From: Camelus ferus
Taxonomy: Eukaryota
Length of the DNA: 64,000 nucleotides
Assembly: GCF_009834535.1 (NCBI RefSeq)
Contig: NC_045697.1
Span: 18,664,001-18,728,000, forward strand
Direction of reading: 5' to 3'
In this document: positions 38,135-49,170 of the stretch, in pieces
Position numbering within the stretch: position 1 is the stretch's first letter
Layout of the letters: each line of letters opens with the position of its first letter
Program-made: the position numbers and the translations under genes
Notes under the pieces: model-generated
Seen by the model: the letters and a program-made list of their open reading frames with translations, nothing else
What the model was told of the DNA's origin: nothing
The model's database searches: none

Positions 38135-38265
38135 TTTGTTTTGTTGGAGGAGGTAATTAGGTTTATTTATATATTCTTTTATTTAACGGAGGTACTGGGG
38201 ACTGAATCAATGACCTCATGCTTGCTAAGCATGCACTCTACCATTGAGCTTTCCCCTCCGCCCTA
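38135..38265 (-). mobile_element. tRNA-Ala-derived SINE, long form
   Basis: Perfect 14-bp TSD cctcctaatttctc (38121-38134, 38266-38279). Confidence 0.92.
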
Positions 38266-38639
38266 CCTCCTAATTTCTCGTGTAAGTTATTAGTAAGGCT
38301 TTCTCAGGCACACAGCCACCTCAAACTCTGATCACATCATGACCTGCTTTATCTCTTCAGAGGTTCTAGTTAGCCATCGACAGCAGGTTTCCCAAACTTT
38401 TTGGACAAGGAACTTCTTAAAAATTAAGTAACAATACTAACGATACTGTCATTTCTGACTGGGGATGATAAAGAAGTGAATTAACACCAACCTGGAGAAA
38501 ATCATTACTATGTTTGGCGATTTTAACATTGATTGTTGAAGTGTTAAACACATTATGACATGTCTTGCAAGAATTTTCATGAGATGAAGTTAATTTATGG
38601 ATTCACTGAATACAAATAATGATGATAAAAATTAACACT

Positions 38640-38840
38640 ACTATCACAAGTATGTTACAGGTATCATTCCATGTGCTTTAGACAAAATGAGCATTTTGAA
38701 TCCTCATGACAACCCTATGAATTAGGTGCTATTCTCTCCATTTTACAGGTGAGGAAATTGAGACAATGACAGGTTAAATAATTTTCTAAGGTCTTACAGC
38801 TGGAACCCATGCAATGCGGTGCTAGAGCCCGTGTTCTCCA
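38640..38840 (-). mobile_element. MIR
   Basis: aatcctcatgacaaccctatg..ccattttacaggtgaggaaattgag core. Confidence 0.8.
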
Positions 38841-39096
38841 TCATGGGGCCACCTAGTAAAATTTTCAGTGTTTTAGTGTGTTTCATGAATATGAGATGGT
38901 ATAACTTAATCTTAGAATAAAACCAATGTTGAAATGCATCGCCACTATCTACTTCACATGTCTATCAGATATACACTCCCAAACTTATTCCTCTTAATAT
39001 TTAAATATTTCATTTATTGTTTTTAACAAAGAAACTATATGCCATTGTTTCCTTTAATGTGAAACTCCTAAAGAAAGATTATACCTAACTCCTACA

Positions 39097-39260
39097 ACAA
39101 AGATTCTCAAAGCTCAGTTCATGGACAATTTGCATCGGAATTCCTGATCATCCTGCTAGAAATGCCTGTTCCTGGGCTTTAGTACAGATTTACTCATTCA
39201 TGGTCTTAGGAAGGAATAACTCAGGTTATTCTGATGCCCACCAACTTTTGAGGACCACCT
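39097..39260. mobile_element. MER5-like
   Basis: ttctcaaag..tgcatcggaat..tgctagaaatgc..caggttattctgatgccc..tttgaggaccac. Confidence 0.65.
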
Positions 39261-39583
39261 TTCTACCAGGTCCTTCTTGTGACCCTGCTTAGGCCGCCTA
39301 CCCCTGCTTCTACATGCACCACCTGGAGTTCCCCTGAATACAAGATGCTCTTTCACACCTCAGAGCCTGAACATGCTGTTTCCTGTGCTTCTTATACTTC
39401 CTCCTCTTACTGTCTTCTGAACTCCCACTTAATAAAGATTCAGTTCAAAAGTCCTCCCCAAGGTTTCCCTGGGCCCATCAGGCAAGAGTTAGGTGCTCCT
39501 TCCACTGTACCCTATATCCTGCCATTGGTCTGTGTATTCTGTTAGCCAGGGATTCCCCTGAGATCTCTGCACTATCCATCTTT

Positions 39584-39674
39584 TTTTTTTTTTAAATAGA
39601 GGTACTGGGGATGCACCCAGGACCTTGTGCACGCTAAGCACGTGCTCTACCACTGAGCTATACTCTCCCCCCAA
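39584..39674 (-). mobile_element. tRNA-Ala-derived SINE, short form
   Basis: Perfect TSD cactatccatcttt (39570-39583, 39675-39688); head plus poly(A) only. Confidence 0.93.
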
Positions 39675-39949
39675 CACTATCCATCTTTGTAAACCAACAA
39701 AGATCATGCCTGACATGGAGTGGTAGGGGCTCTCAATTTGTTGTTTGAATGGACTGTGAGTTCAGTGTTACTAAATGATCAGAGTGAAGGACTGATAGTT
39801 CTGCAGTTCTCAATTCTACGGAGATGGTAGATCATGCACATGATTTCTATTAGAAAATAATTTCCTAGCAAGTGGGAGAAAGGAAACACCTTATTTGGTC
39901 ATTTTTTTCTTCTTGCACATTTTTTCCTTTTCTTTCTTTCCCCCTTTTT

Positions 39950-40520
39950 AAAATGTTTTACATTTGGAATAGGCAATACATGTGCTTGGTACAAAAGTCA
40001 AAGGCTCCCAGATAGTTGACTGTGATCTCCTCAACTACATCCTCCAACAGTTGAGTCCCTTACAGTGAAGCAGTCATTGTTTTAGTTTCTCGTGTGCCCT
40101 TTCAAAGCCATTTTAGATACCCGTAGGCAAATAAGTATATATTTATCTACCATTATTTTGCACTTTGTTGTTTTTTTAACTTTGTGATCCTTCCACATAA
40201 GTAGATAAATAGCAGCCTCTGCTTATTAACAAATACATACTATTCAATTCTATGAATATATCAGGTGTGTTTCTTTTAAAAAATAAGATATCTCTTTATT
40301 GACATCTTGGTGGTTAGCAGTATTCTCTACCATAATAATGCTACAATAAACACACAGGTCATTTCACACAAGTGAGATATTTGTAAGATAGATTTCTAGA
40401 AATGGAACTGTAGGATTAAAAGATAGTGATAAGTTTTATCAAAATGGTTTCCCTAAAGATTACACCAATTTTCACTCCCACTAGCAACACACGAGAATAT
40501 CTGTGTCTTTATGTCCTGCC
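39950..40520 (-). mobile_element. Degraded L1ME-like 3' fragment
   Basis: aataatgctacaataaac..tttctagaaatggaactg..caccaattttcactcccactagcaa. Confidence 0.65.
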
Positions 40521-40779
40521 AACGGTGTTTGCTGAGCTTCTAAGTTGGAAATTAAAGGAACCCCTTCAAGTTAAGCTAGGCTCATCTACTGGTCTAACCC
40601 AGGAGTAAGATTACTTTTTGCAAAAAGTCAACACAGGTGTTTGCTCTATAGGCTCCTTTCTCCTCCCCAGGCAAGCTGGCACTGGAGTGTTCACTACTGG
40701 TCTAACCTCCACATGGCTTTAAACCCTAAGAGGCTCAGTGAGTTTTCAGAATCATTTCTACTCTGCTTTAGAAGTGGAA

Positions 40780-41610
40780 AACATTCCATCCATCCTACAA
40801 ATACTGAGCGTCTACCACACACCAGGCATTCCAGGTGAGGCATGAACAATGAATAAAACAGACAAAAGTCCCTGCCCTCATTAAGATTACATTGTAATGG
40901 GGCAAGGCACGGAGTAAACACAATACACAGACATGATATATGGTACGTTAGTTTATGATAAGTACCCTGGGAAAAATAAAGGAGGAAGGAATAGGAAGTA
41001 TGAGGAGTTACTTTTGTGAAAGGTGGTCAGGGAAGGCCTCATGGTGATGACATTTAAGCAAAGACCTGAAAGCAGTATGCCAAGGAGCCATAAGGCATCT
41101 GGGGGGAAAGAACGAAGGTGGGAGGTGAGTGTGCCTGGCATGTCCGAGGAACAGCAAGGAAGGCTGCTGGTTAGGGCTCAGTGAGCAAGGGGAAGAGGTG
41201 AGGTCACAGAAGTCATGGGGTTTGGGCAGCAGGTCAGATTGTACACGTCCTCAGAGGAAAAGGAGGAAACCTCTGGAGAGTTCCAGAGGGTTACTCTGAA
41301 TGCTCTGATGAAAATAGAGAGAGGGAAGGCAAGAATGGATGAAGAGAGAAACAGTGAGGAGACTTCCTGGAAACCAGGTGAGAAATGAGATGAGTTAGCC
41401 TGGGCTGGTTGCCATGGAGGTGTGGATGTGTTTAGACTGTGGGTCTATTTTGAAGGTGGAGCTAGCATGATTTTGTCAGATTGGATGTTGGATGTGAGGG
41501 GGAATGGAGGCGAGAAAGACTCTAAGGTTCTTGGCTCAAATAAGTAGAAGAGTGGAACTGTCATTTCCTGGGATGGAGAAAGACCAAATGCAGGGGGAGC
41601 ATGTTTTAGA
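40780..41610 (-). mobile_element. L2 3' region
   Basis: caaatactgagcgtctac..acaaaagtccctgccctca..ggtggtcagggaaggcctc..gtgacatttaagcaaagacctgaa. Confidence 0.85.
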
Positions 41611-42241
41611 ATGACGATGAGTTGTGATATGACTTGGAGTTACCATGGCTTTCCATGGCTGGGGGTCTCAGATGGTCAGGATTCCAAATTAAATTAGTGG
41701 CTGGACTAGACCATGACTGAAATTCCTTCTTGGGATGAAGGCTCAAAGGAATATGTGCCCATGGGGATTGTCTTCCTCCTGAGCCTTGCACTGAGATACT
41801 GCCTTAAATGTTCTTACACCTTCTCTTTTTCTGTGTAAAATATTTAATCAAAGGGATAGGCAAATGCACACACACAACCTTGAAAGCAATTAAGAAACTT
41901 GATTTCTTGTCCACTACATAACCAGCAGAACATGAGAGCCCCTATTAAAGGACTCACTGTCCTCCCAAAATGAAAAACTCACTTCAGTTCTACATTTGTG
42001 GGTCTCTGACGTCATCAAGACACCAGTTCTAGACAATGTCAGGCGAGACTGGTACAGAAAGCACACTGGGGCAATCTGAAATGTTCCTGACTGAAGACTG
42101 CAACCAGGAATTCACTGGACAAGTAAGTAATCCAAAAAGAAAGAAAGCACTTCAAAAAGTTGTCACTAAAGCAACTTTTTAGTGAAACAATACCTAAAAT
42201 TTGGAATGAGTATTTCAACAAACACATAAAAAGCTCAAGGA

Positions 42242-42359
42242 GGGAGAAGGGTATAGCTCAAGTGGTAGAGTGTATGCTTAGCATATGCAAGGTCCTGGGT
42301 TAAATTCCCAGTACCTCCTCTAAAAACAAATAAGTAAACTTATACATCCCCTACCCCCT
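42242..42359 (+). mobile_element. tRNA-Ala-derived SINE, long form, at CpG island edge
   Basis: GGGTATAGCTCAAGTGGTAGAG head; TSD aaaaag(c/g)tcaagga. Confidence 0.92.
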
Positions 42360-43341
42360 AAAAAGGTCAAGGAAAGCAGAACTAGTACTTTAAGTCATAT
42401 TAGTGGAGGAAAGAAAAAAAAAAGAACAGAAACAGATATACAGGGATTACTTCAAAAGGCTAGGAAGAGAGATGAGGGGGAAGAAATCTTTTCAAAACTT
42501 GTGTCTTCGAATGGCTGGCGGAATCTATGCAACAATGCGGGAGAGCGCAGAGAGCAGAATTTTTTCCGAACCCAACTCGCCGGAGCAGCGGGGGTAGATC
42601 AGAAAGAAAACAACCAATTGCTAGAAAAGAGTAGCTAAGGGAGTCCAAACTTGTTTTAAAGCAAGTAAAGTAGTGGCCAGACTGAGTGACTCAGAGGCAT
42701 GACTCAAACCCGACAGTTGGGGCAGTCAGCTCGCGGAGGCCGGGGGCGCGGCGTCAAGCACATTTTAGGAAAGTACCAGGCGCGTGGAGGGCGACAGGAA
42801 ACCTCCCCGGGGAACGGCCTGGGGCTCCTCCTGCCCCAGAGTCTGACCTCTTACCATCCGCACCAGGAGGAGTTTCTAATCCCCTGGCTTCCTCTTCTTT
42901 CAGAGGCCGCCGCCCCACTACCCCTGCTTTCCTTCCACAAAGCATCACGCGGCGTGTGTGTGCGAGAAGTCTGGCCCCCTCCTAGCCGCCCGCCCTGCCA
43001 CGCGCCCCCCCGCCCCGCCTCCGCAGCGAGCCGCTCCCTTCCCACCCCGCCCGCGCCCGCCGCCCGGGCACGCGCGGCACGAACAGCGCCCGGAGCTGCT
43101 CTAGACAAACACCTGTCCCGCCTGGGCTCCGCGAGATTTGGGGCGAAAGCCTAGGCAACAGTGGGCGCGTTCTCGCGAGGTTTAGGAAATTTCCCACGGC
43201 CCGTGTTGTGTCTGAATCGAGTAGTGGAAGGCGGTGGGAAGGAGGTGTAGCGTGAGACGGGACTGCCCGCATTGGGCACATGCGCAGTGCCGCTCGCGCG
43301 TGCCGCGCCAGTCCTGCAGCGCCTAGAGCAGGTTTCGGGCT

Positions 43342-43451
43342 ATGGATTCCAGCTCTCCGGGTTTTGGGGCTCCCTGTGGGAGGCAGTGCTGGATCTGGGA
43401 ATCTCTAGGAATTGAAAGGGCAAGGGTGGGGGGAAGGAAGAAGTGCTGCAG
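43342..43451 (+). CDS. RBPJ: Candidate upstream RBPJ first coding exon (MDSSSPGFGAPCGRQCWIWESLGIERARVGGRKKCCR)
   Basis: ATG with G at -3 and +4; stop-free 110 nt to CAG|GTAGGA donor (43452), phase 2 like the two known first exons. The 3' end resembles the recalled human MGGCR first exon. Confidence 0.45.
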
Positions 43452-44325
43452 GTAGGAAGGAGGGAGCGGGGTTCGGGCCCTGCACCTTTCTATTAGATGC
43501 CCAGACGGGCCAAGTTTGCTCGGGGGCTTCCAGGCTTAGGTCGCCTGAGATACACTTCGGGCAATGAGCAGCGTCCTTGACTGTGCGAGGCCCACGGGAG
43601 GATCTTGGCAGAGCCTGTCTCCCTATACACCTGGGTTCACACATGTCTGGGGGCTGGATGAGGTTCTAGGGAGGCTTACACAACAGGCAGCTCTGTCCAA
43701 GAGGGACCTCTGGCTTCAGTGCGGAGTGGGGAAGTGTTGGCTCTCAATTACAACCCAGTATTCACCTCTGGAGAAAGCTACGCGGCGCGCTGGCGTGTGT
43801 ATGCGAGGTGGACTTGAGGGGTGTTTTTGCCAAAGGCCTGACCTCATTTTACACCCAAGGAAAAGAAAGCTAAGGCAACAGAGCTCAGTTGCAAAAGTTT
43901 TCCTTTTACAGAGCTCTGGAGAGTCGAAACACTTTGTTATCTTGTCTGTCTCTCTGCTAGCATGGGGGTCGAATGAACTGAGAGAGTTCCTGGTTTACTT
44001 GTCCGAACTCCAGGCATCTCTGTAGCTCCAGCACCTAATGCTAACATTACCATAAAGGAGGCGTCCAATGAACGTTTGAATGAATGAAAAGGGCTGGGAA
44101 CTAAAGTGAGCGGGAAGCCACTTGGAAAACACCCATTTGGGGAGGTGTTTCATCTAGGCCTGTGAAACGCGGCAGATTTTCCCAGGACCCCTCCTCCCTT
44201 CCCCTCGGCCCCGCCTCCTGACCCCTCCATTCCCCGTCCCCGTTGTAATCCCCTCCGGTTTTCCTCAGTCTCCACGTACGTCCCTCAGGGCGCGTCCCAA
44301 AACCCGGATAACCGGAGCGCTCCCC

Positions 44326-44384
44326 ATGGACCAGACGGAGGACTCGCCCGCGGAGGAGCAGCCTGCGCATGCTCCATCGCTTGG
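44326..44384 (+). CDS. RBPJ: RBPJ alternative first coding exon (long isoform N-terminus [20 protein letters not shown]), partial CDS
   Basis: ATG at 44326 reads [19 protein letters not shown]+GG, then donor GTAGGT at 44385. 59 nt, phase 2. Matches the recalled human RBPJ N-terminus [20 protein letters not shown](KFGERPPP). Lies in a CpG island. Confidence 0.93.
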
Positions 44385-44597
44385 GTAGGTTTCCAGGGAA
44401 GGCTGTGAGCTGGATCCCCTACTCCGCTGGCGGCGCGAGGCGTCTGGCTCTTCGCGGCGGCTGCGAGGGGAGAAAGAGCGCGGGGGCTGGGTGGAATCGA
44501 GGAGTGAGGAAAAAGGGAAGGGGCGGGGGAGAGGGACCAGGGAAGGCATCAGGGGGAATCTCGCGAGGGTTGGAGTTTTGGCGAGAGTTTGTGGAAG

Positions 44598-44617
44598 ATG
44601 GCGCCTGTTGTGACAGG
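44598..44617 (+). CDS. RBPJ: RBPJ alternative first coding exon (MAPVVTG isoform), partial CDS
   Basis: aagATGG Kozak context; ATG GCG CCT GTT GTG ACA GG, then consensus donor GTAAGT at 44618. 20 nt, phase 2. Identical to the recalled RBPJ isoform start MAPVVTG(KFGERPPP). Confidence 0.95.
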
Positions 44618-44729
44618 GTAAGTCTGGGGGAATCGGAGCGCTGGGAACCGGGAAAGTTGCGGGCGTTTCGCAGCCCGCGGCGGGTTCCGGGGCTGCGGCG
44701 CGCTCGGTGTCCGGGGGCCGCGGGGGTGG

Positions 44730-44860
44730 CGACGCGTGCGCCGAGCGCGGCGGCGGCGGCGGCGTGTGGCCGTGCGCTGCCCGCTCTGCGCCGCCGTGGC
44801 TCGGGCTCCGGCGCGTGAGGGCGGGCGGCGGCGGCGGCGGCGAGGCCGGCGGGTGCGGGC
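44730..44860 (+). other. RBPJ: Candidate non-coding RBPJ first exon (GGC-repeat rich)
   Basis: Strong donor GGC|GTGAGT at 44861 in the most CpG-dense part of the island; no ATG in the interval; 5' boundary is a guess. Confidence 0.4.
44747..44841. repeat. Two short (GGC)n tracts in the CpG island
   Basis: GGC runs at about 44747-44764 and 44824-44841. Confidence 0.85.
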
Positions 44861-47800
44861 GTGAGTGCCGCCAGGCGCGCGGGGCCCGCGGGCGTCGTGC
44901 CCGCCGCGCGTCTCCCGCGCCGCCGCTCGCGGGCCCTGCTGCCCGGCCCCGCGCAGCTTTGTTCCTCGCGGCCGTCGTAGTCTCGCCGGGCCGGTGCCCC
45001 CGGCCCCGGGCGCTTTGTCTTTCCCCGCTGCCCCCCGCGACTCTACCCCTGGCCCTTTGTTTCCCCGCCTTGGGCGCTTTGTCCGACCCGTCGCGCCCCG
45101 CATCCCTTCTCCATCTCGTCCGCTCAGCTGTCTTTCCTCCGGTGCCCCTTTGTTGTGCCCCTCTCTGTTCGGTACTCAGTGACCTGCCACAGCCCAGGGA
45201 CCAGGTTTCTGTCTTTTAATTTTTCTCCCATTATTTTTTTTATCATGCTTTCCCTCTCACCTTTCTGTTTGGTCCTTGATCACCCCCGGAGGCTTTGTCT
45301 CCCCCATCCAGGGGTTTATTCGCTTGGCACCCTTCTTCCCCTCCCATCATCGGTTGATTTATCCACTACCCACGGTGTTTGTCGGCTCAACTGTCTCAGC
45401 CCCGGGGACTCCATCTGGTGCTTCTACGTGCAGACGGACCCTACGGTTTGTTGTTGTTTTTGTGGGTTTGAAAGATGCGGGGGGATACTAGTTTCCTCCT
45501 CCGCGCACCTCCTCTTCGCACCCTTTTCTCTCGGGACTGCGTGCACACCTCCCCACCACCCCTTTCTCTCTGGATTACAATGTCTTCTTCAGTTTTCTTC
45601 CCGGTCTCTTTGGGCCCGTGGTTGTTTTGCTTGGAAACAGTAGCCCTGGAAAAAAGATCTGGTCTCTTGGTTATTGGCCCCCGCCCCTTGGTTTCTGACG
45701 GCCTAGGCCAAGGGCAGCTGTCTTAGCTGTGCATCTGGATTACCTGAGGGTATTGTAGGAAGGTTAGAAGAGGCGTAAGGTGTTTTTATCTGATGATGTG
45801 TGAGAATAGTTGCAGATACTCACATTGGATATTCATTATGTATGTCCGTAGCAGTTGAGTGATTTTCGGCATTTAAAAACTTGTGAATGTTGGGATGGAG
45901 AATTTCAGCGTTTTCAAGAGTTTACGTCTAGAGTTATTTTACCAGTAACTCCTGCTTCGTAAGGAAAAAGAGAGGGCATCCTGCTTATGAATTTTGATGT
46001 TTTACGCTTTCTTACTTTTTAGATAGTTTGCAATTATGTGCTTTTGCTGTGCAAATTTTTGACAACCCTTCTGACCCATCTTTGGAGTTGAAATGAGGAA
46101 AGCGCTTAAGAGTGCAGTTTGAGTTGATGAATACTGCTTCTAGAATCTTTGTGGAATGCATTAATCAAATATAATTAAAAGACTTTTAAGTAATAGTCGT
46201 AAGTAAGGTAAAGGCACTTCTAGAGTTAAAGGAGCTTTAATTTGTTCAGAGTGCTTATTGTAATGATATTGTTAAAAGCTTGAGTTTTGTGGCTGTAGGG
46301 TGGGGGAGGGTGATATAGTGTATTTAAATAGCCTGAATATTCTGGTACTGGGAATAGAGGTATTAGATTTACCGGAATTACTAGGCTGACTATGCTGTTC
46401 AGGAGGTCGTCCCCCACCCCCCAGTTGATCACTGCTTTTAGATGTTACTCATAAAATGATTTGGAGTGTCTTTTCATTATTAACTAAAGTTTACATGAAG
46501 TGCAGCTACTAGAGGCTATACAAGTGTGAGGAATGTTGGCAGAGTGGAAAGCTTTTTTTTTTTTCAAAGACTGTGATTAGAATTAGTATGAGTTAGCTTG
46601 AATTTTAATTAATGGAAAATAACCTTTTATGATTGATATGTGAGGCTTTTGTGAAAATTTGCAATCTAGGTTCCATGAGTGAGTTTTACTTGTAATCATT
46701 TGTCTCTCTTTTTCTTAGTGCAGAATCATTCTTTTGAAGGTAAAATCTTGAGCACACTTGTTTCTTACTGTAAGCAAAGTGTTAATACCTTGTAATGGAA
46801 GGTATTTTGCTCTGACTTGTACAGATAAGAATGGTCACGCAAACATAAGCAGCTTTTAAAAATTTCAAGTTGTACTTTTTGTTTCTAAATCATGTAAGGC
46901 TTTTATTTTGTGATCAGATAAAACAGTACCTTTATTAGATTATATCAAACAGCAGCATGTCTAGAAACAAATGGGGCATCTTTCATTCAGAGTATTGATG
47001 ATCAAAGCTTTAAATTTATTGTCCATGCATACTGCAGAGGGTGTATTTCAGGAAAAAATGTAAGAGGCTCACTTGGAGTATCTTCACACCGATTCTAATA
47101 CATGGGTCTAGGTATTAGACTTTAAATAGGTTTGTTTAAATGTTACCTGTTGTTCCATACTGACAGATCTCTATAGTGTCTTAAGTGACTAAGATAAAAA
47201 TGATTTTATGCGGGAAAAAAGCCACTCTTGCCAGCTGTAATTCATTAAATAATCTTTGGCACTCAGGAGGGATAAAATATTAGGGAAAAAATGGTGTATT
47301 TGCAGGTTCTTACAAATCTTAATTGTGGTGTTCAGTCATTTTAAAAAATAAATTTTAAAAACCTAGGACTTGGCTTTAAAACATTATTTCACATTTTGCT
47401 TCCTCCTAATAGTAAATTTCATGTTATTTCAACTAGGGGCAGTATTTTCTCATGGATTGACTGAAAGTTGTTATTTTTGGCATTTGGCTTTGTGATTATT
47501 TCCAAGTTACTCTACTTCCCCTGGGCCAATTTCCTAACTCTGTAGTAAAATGGGAATTGTAGTAACTTGCCACATCTGCACAGGACTGTTGTGCCTTAAG
47601 ATTTGCAGAGAGCATCCTTGGATGAAAGGTGTGGTTAAAAGTCTAGGAATTGTTACTGAAATAAGTAGGTCATATTTTATAGGAAATCAAGTAGGAAGTT
47701 ATGAACTAAGTTCTTGGCAAGTCACAATGGTGATAGTGGGATAAAAAAACGAATATGTTTTATAGTTTGGGTAATAAAATAGATACTTTTTTTTTAATAG

Positions 47801-48149
47801 AGGGGGATGGATAAGTCAAATTACAGGGTGGTGTGTGTGTTGTATAAGAGACTGAAGATCTGTCAAACTCAAATGTAGTAACATTATAAAATTATGGAAT
47901 GCTTTTCCTCTCTTGATTTCCTTTCTGCATGTGGTAATTTTTTTTAATGGTAGCATAAAATGTTTTCATTAGATTCTAGGCCAAATCTGTTAATAGTAAT
48001 GACTAATTTTCAGTGTACCTTTTTTTAATGCTTTGTCATTTACACTCAAAGATATTTTCTAACAACCAGGGCCATATTTTCAGACTTAACCCTTGACCTA
48101 GGAAGGTGTTTTGCATTTGGGAGACACTATAGATATTTATTGAACAAAC

Positions 48150-49170
48150 AAAACAAACCTGCTTCTCTGTTCCTGGTAGATGATGTCATGTCCCAGTAGT
48201 TCCCCAAGCCAGGTTTCTGTATTTCTCTCTCACACTAACCCTTTACATTTATATAATCACTAAGAACTGATAATTTTCCCTACTGAAAAATCTCTTCAAT
48301 CTGTCTCCTTCATCCTCATTGCCACAGTTTGTGCTCTCATCATTTCTCACCTGGATTACTACAGACGTTGGCCGCTTCCTCTTTGTGCTTCTAGACTCAC
48401 CCTCTTTATCCCACTTCCACAGAGTCTTTCTAAAGAGGAAATCTGATCACTTCACTCCTTAGTTTAAAAACCTTTCAATGGCTCCCCCTAGCAGCCTTCA
48501 TTAAGAGAGGCAGCGGAGTAGAGAATTTATGAGCTCACATTTAGGATTTAATCTGAACTGGGTTCCAATTCTGTCTCTGCCATTTAAAACCTCTGTAATT
48601 GACAAGCAATCTCACCTCTCCTTGCCTCCTCCATCAGTTGCAAGGTAATTATTCTTAGCTCAGTGGGTTGCTGTGAGGATTAAGTGCAGGAAAACGTTTT
48701 AGGACGCCTGGCACATAGCAAGTGCTCAAAAAATGTTAACTGTCATGGCATAGAGGGTTCTCTATAACTATTTCATTTACCTTTTACCCAGTTGAACTGT
48801 TTGTCTTTCTCTCCTTTTGTATTCAATTCTCCATCCGTATTTAAGAACTTGGAGTTCCTTGCATGGCCTCAGCAGTTTACTGTATCCTTGTGCTTGAAAA
48901 GTGCTGGTGTTAGTAGGTTATTAATCAAGATTTCTATCTGAGGATACTCTAACCAGATCCGCCAGGCTGGGTTCAGTGCCTCTCCTGCGGGTTCTTAAAG
49001 AACTGAGTATAATTCTCTTGGAAGTGTCATACTGAATTGTAATTGTCATACCCAAAGGCTGTTGGTTACCTGACGGCAGATAGCATTTAAAAAAAATCAT
49101 TTATATATTCTTATCCTTAAAAGAGTGTCTCGAACATGATAGGGACTCAGTAAAAAGGTTTTTTGAACAG
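48150..49170 (+). mobile_element. L2 fragment with inserted MIR (about 48505-48742)
   Basis: tctcacctggattactac..aaatctgatcacttcactcc; MIR gggttccaattctgtctctgccattt..gcctggcacatagcaagtgctca. Confidence 0.7.

Larger units (their letters stand above)
42500..45700. promoter_or_regulatory. RBPJ: CpG island / multi-TSS promoter of RBPJ
   Basis: Abrupt rise in GC and CpG density versus CpG-poor flanks; GC boxes, two TCTCGCGAG motifs (43171, 44559), NRF1-like GCACATGCGCA (43276), YY1 AAGATGGCG (44595), two AP-1 TGACTCA (42687, 42700). Confidence 0.93.

Noticed and set aside
6983..42359. tRNA-Ala(AGC)-like sequences as real tRNA genes
   Set aside because: Copies are mutually diverged, have broken stems, A-rich tails and TSDs, so they are SINE retrocopies.
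42686..45726. Long overlapping ORFs (100-184 aa) on both strands
   Set aside because: Ala/Arg/Gly/Pro-rich products of stop-poor GC-rich island DNA; no recognisable domain.
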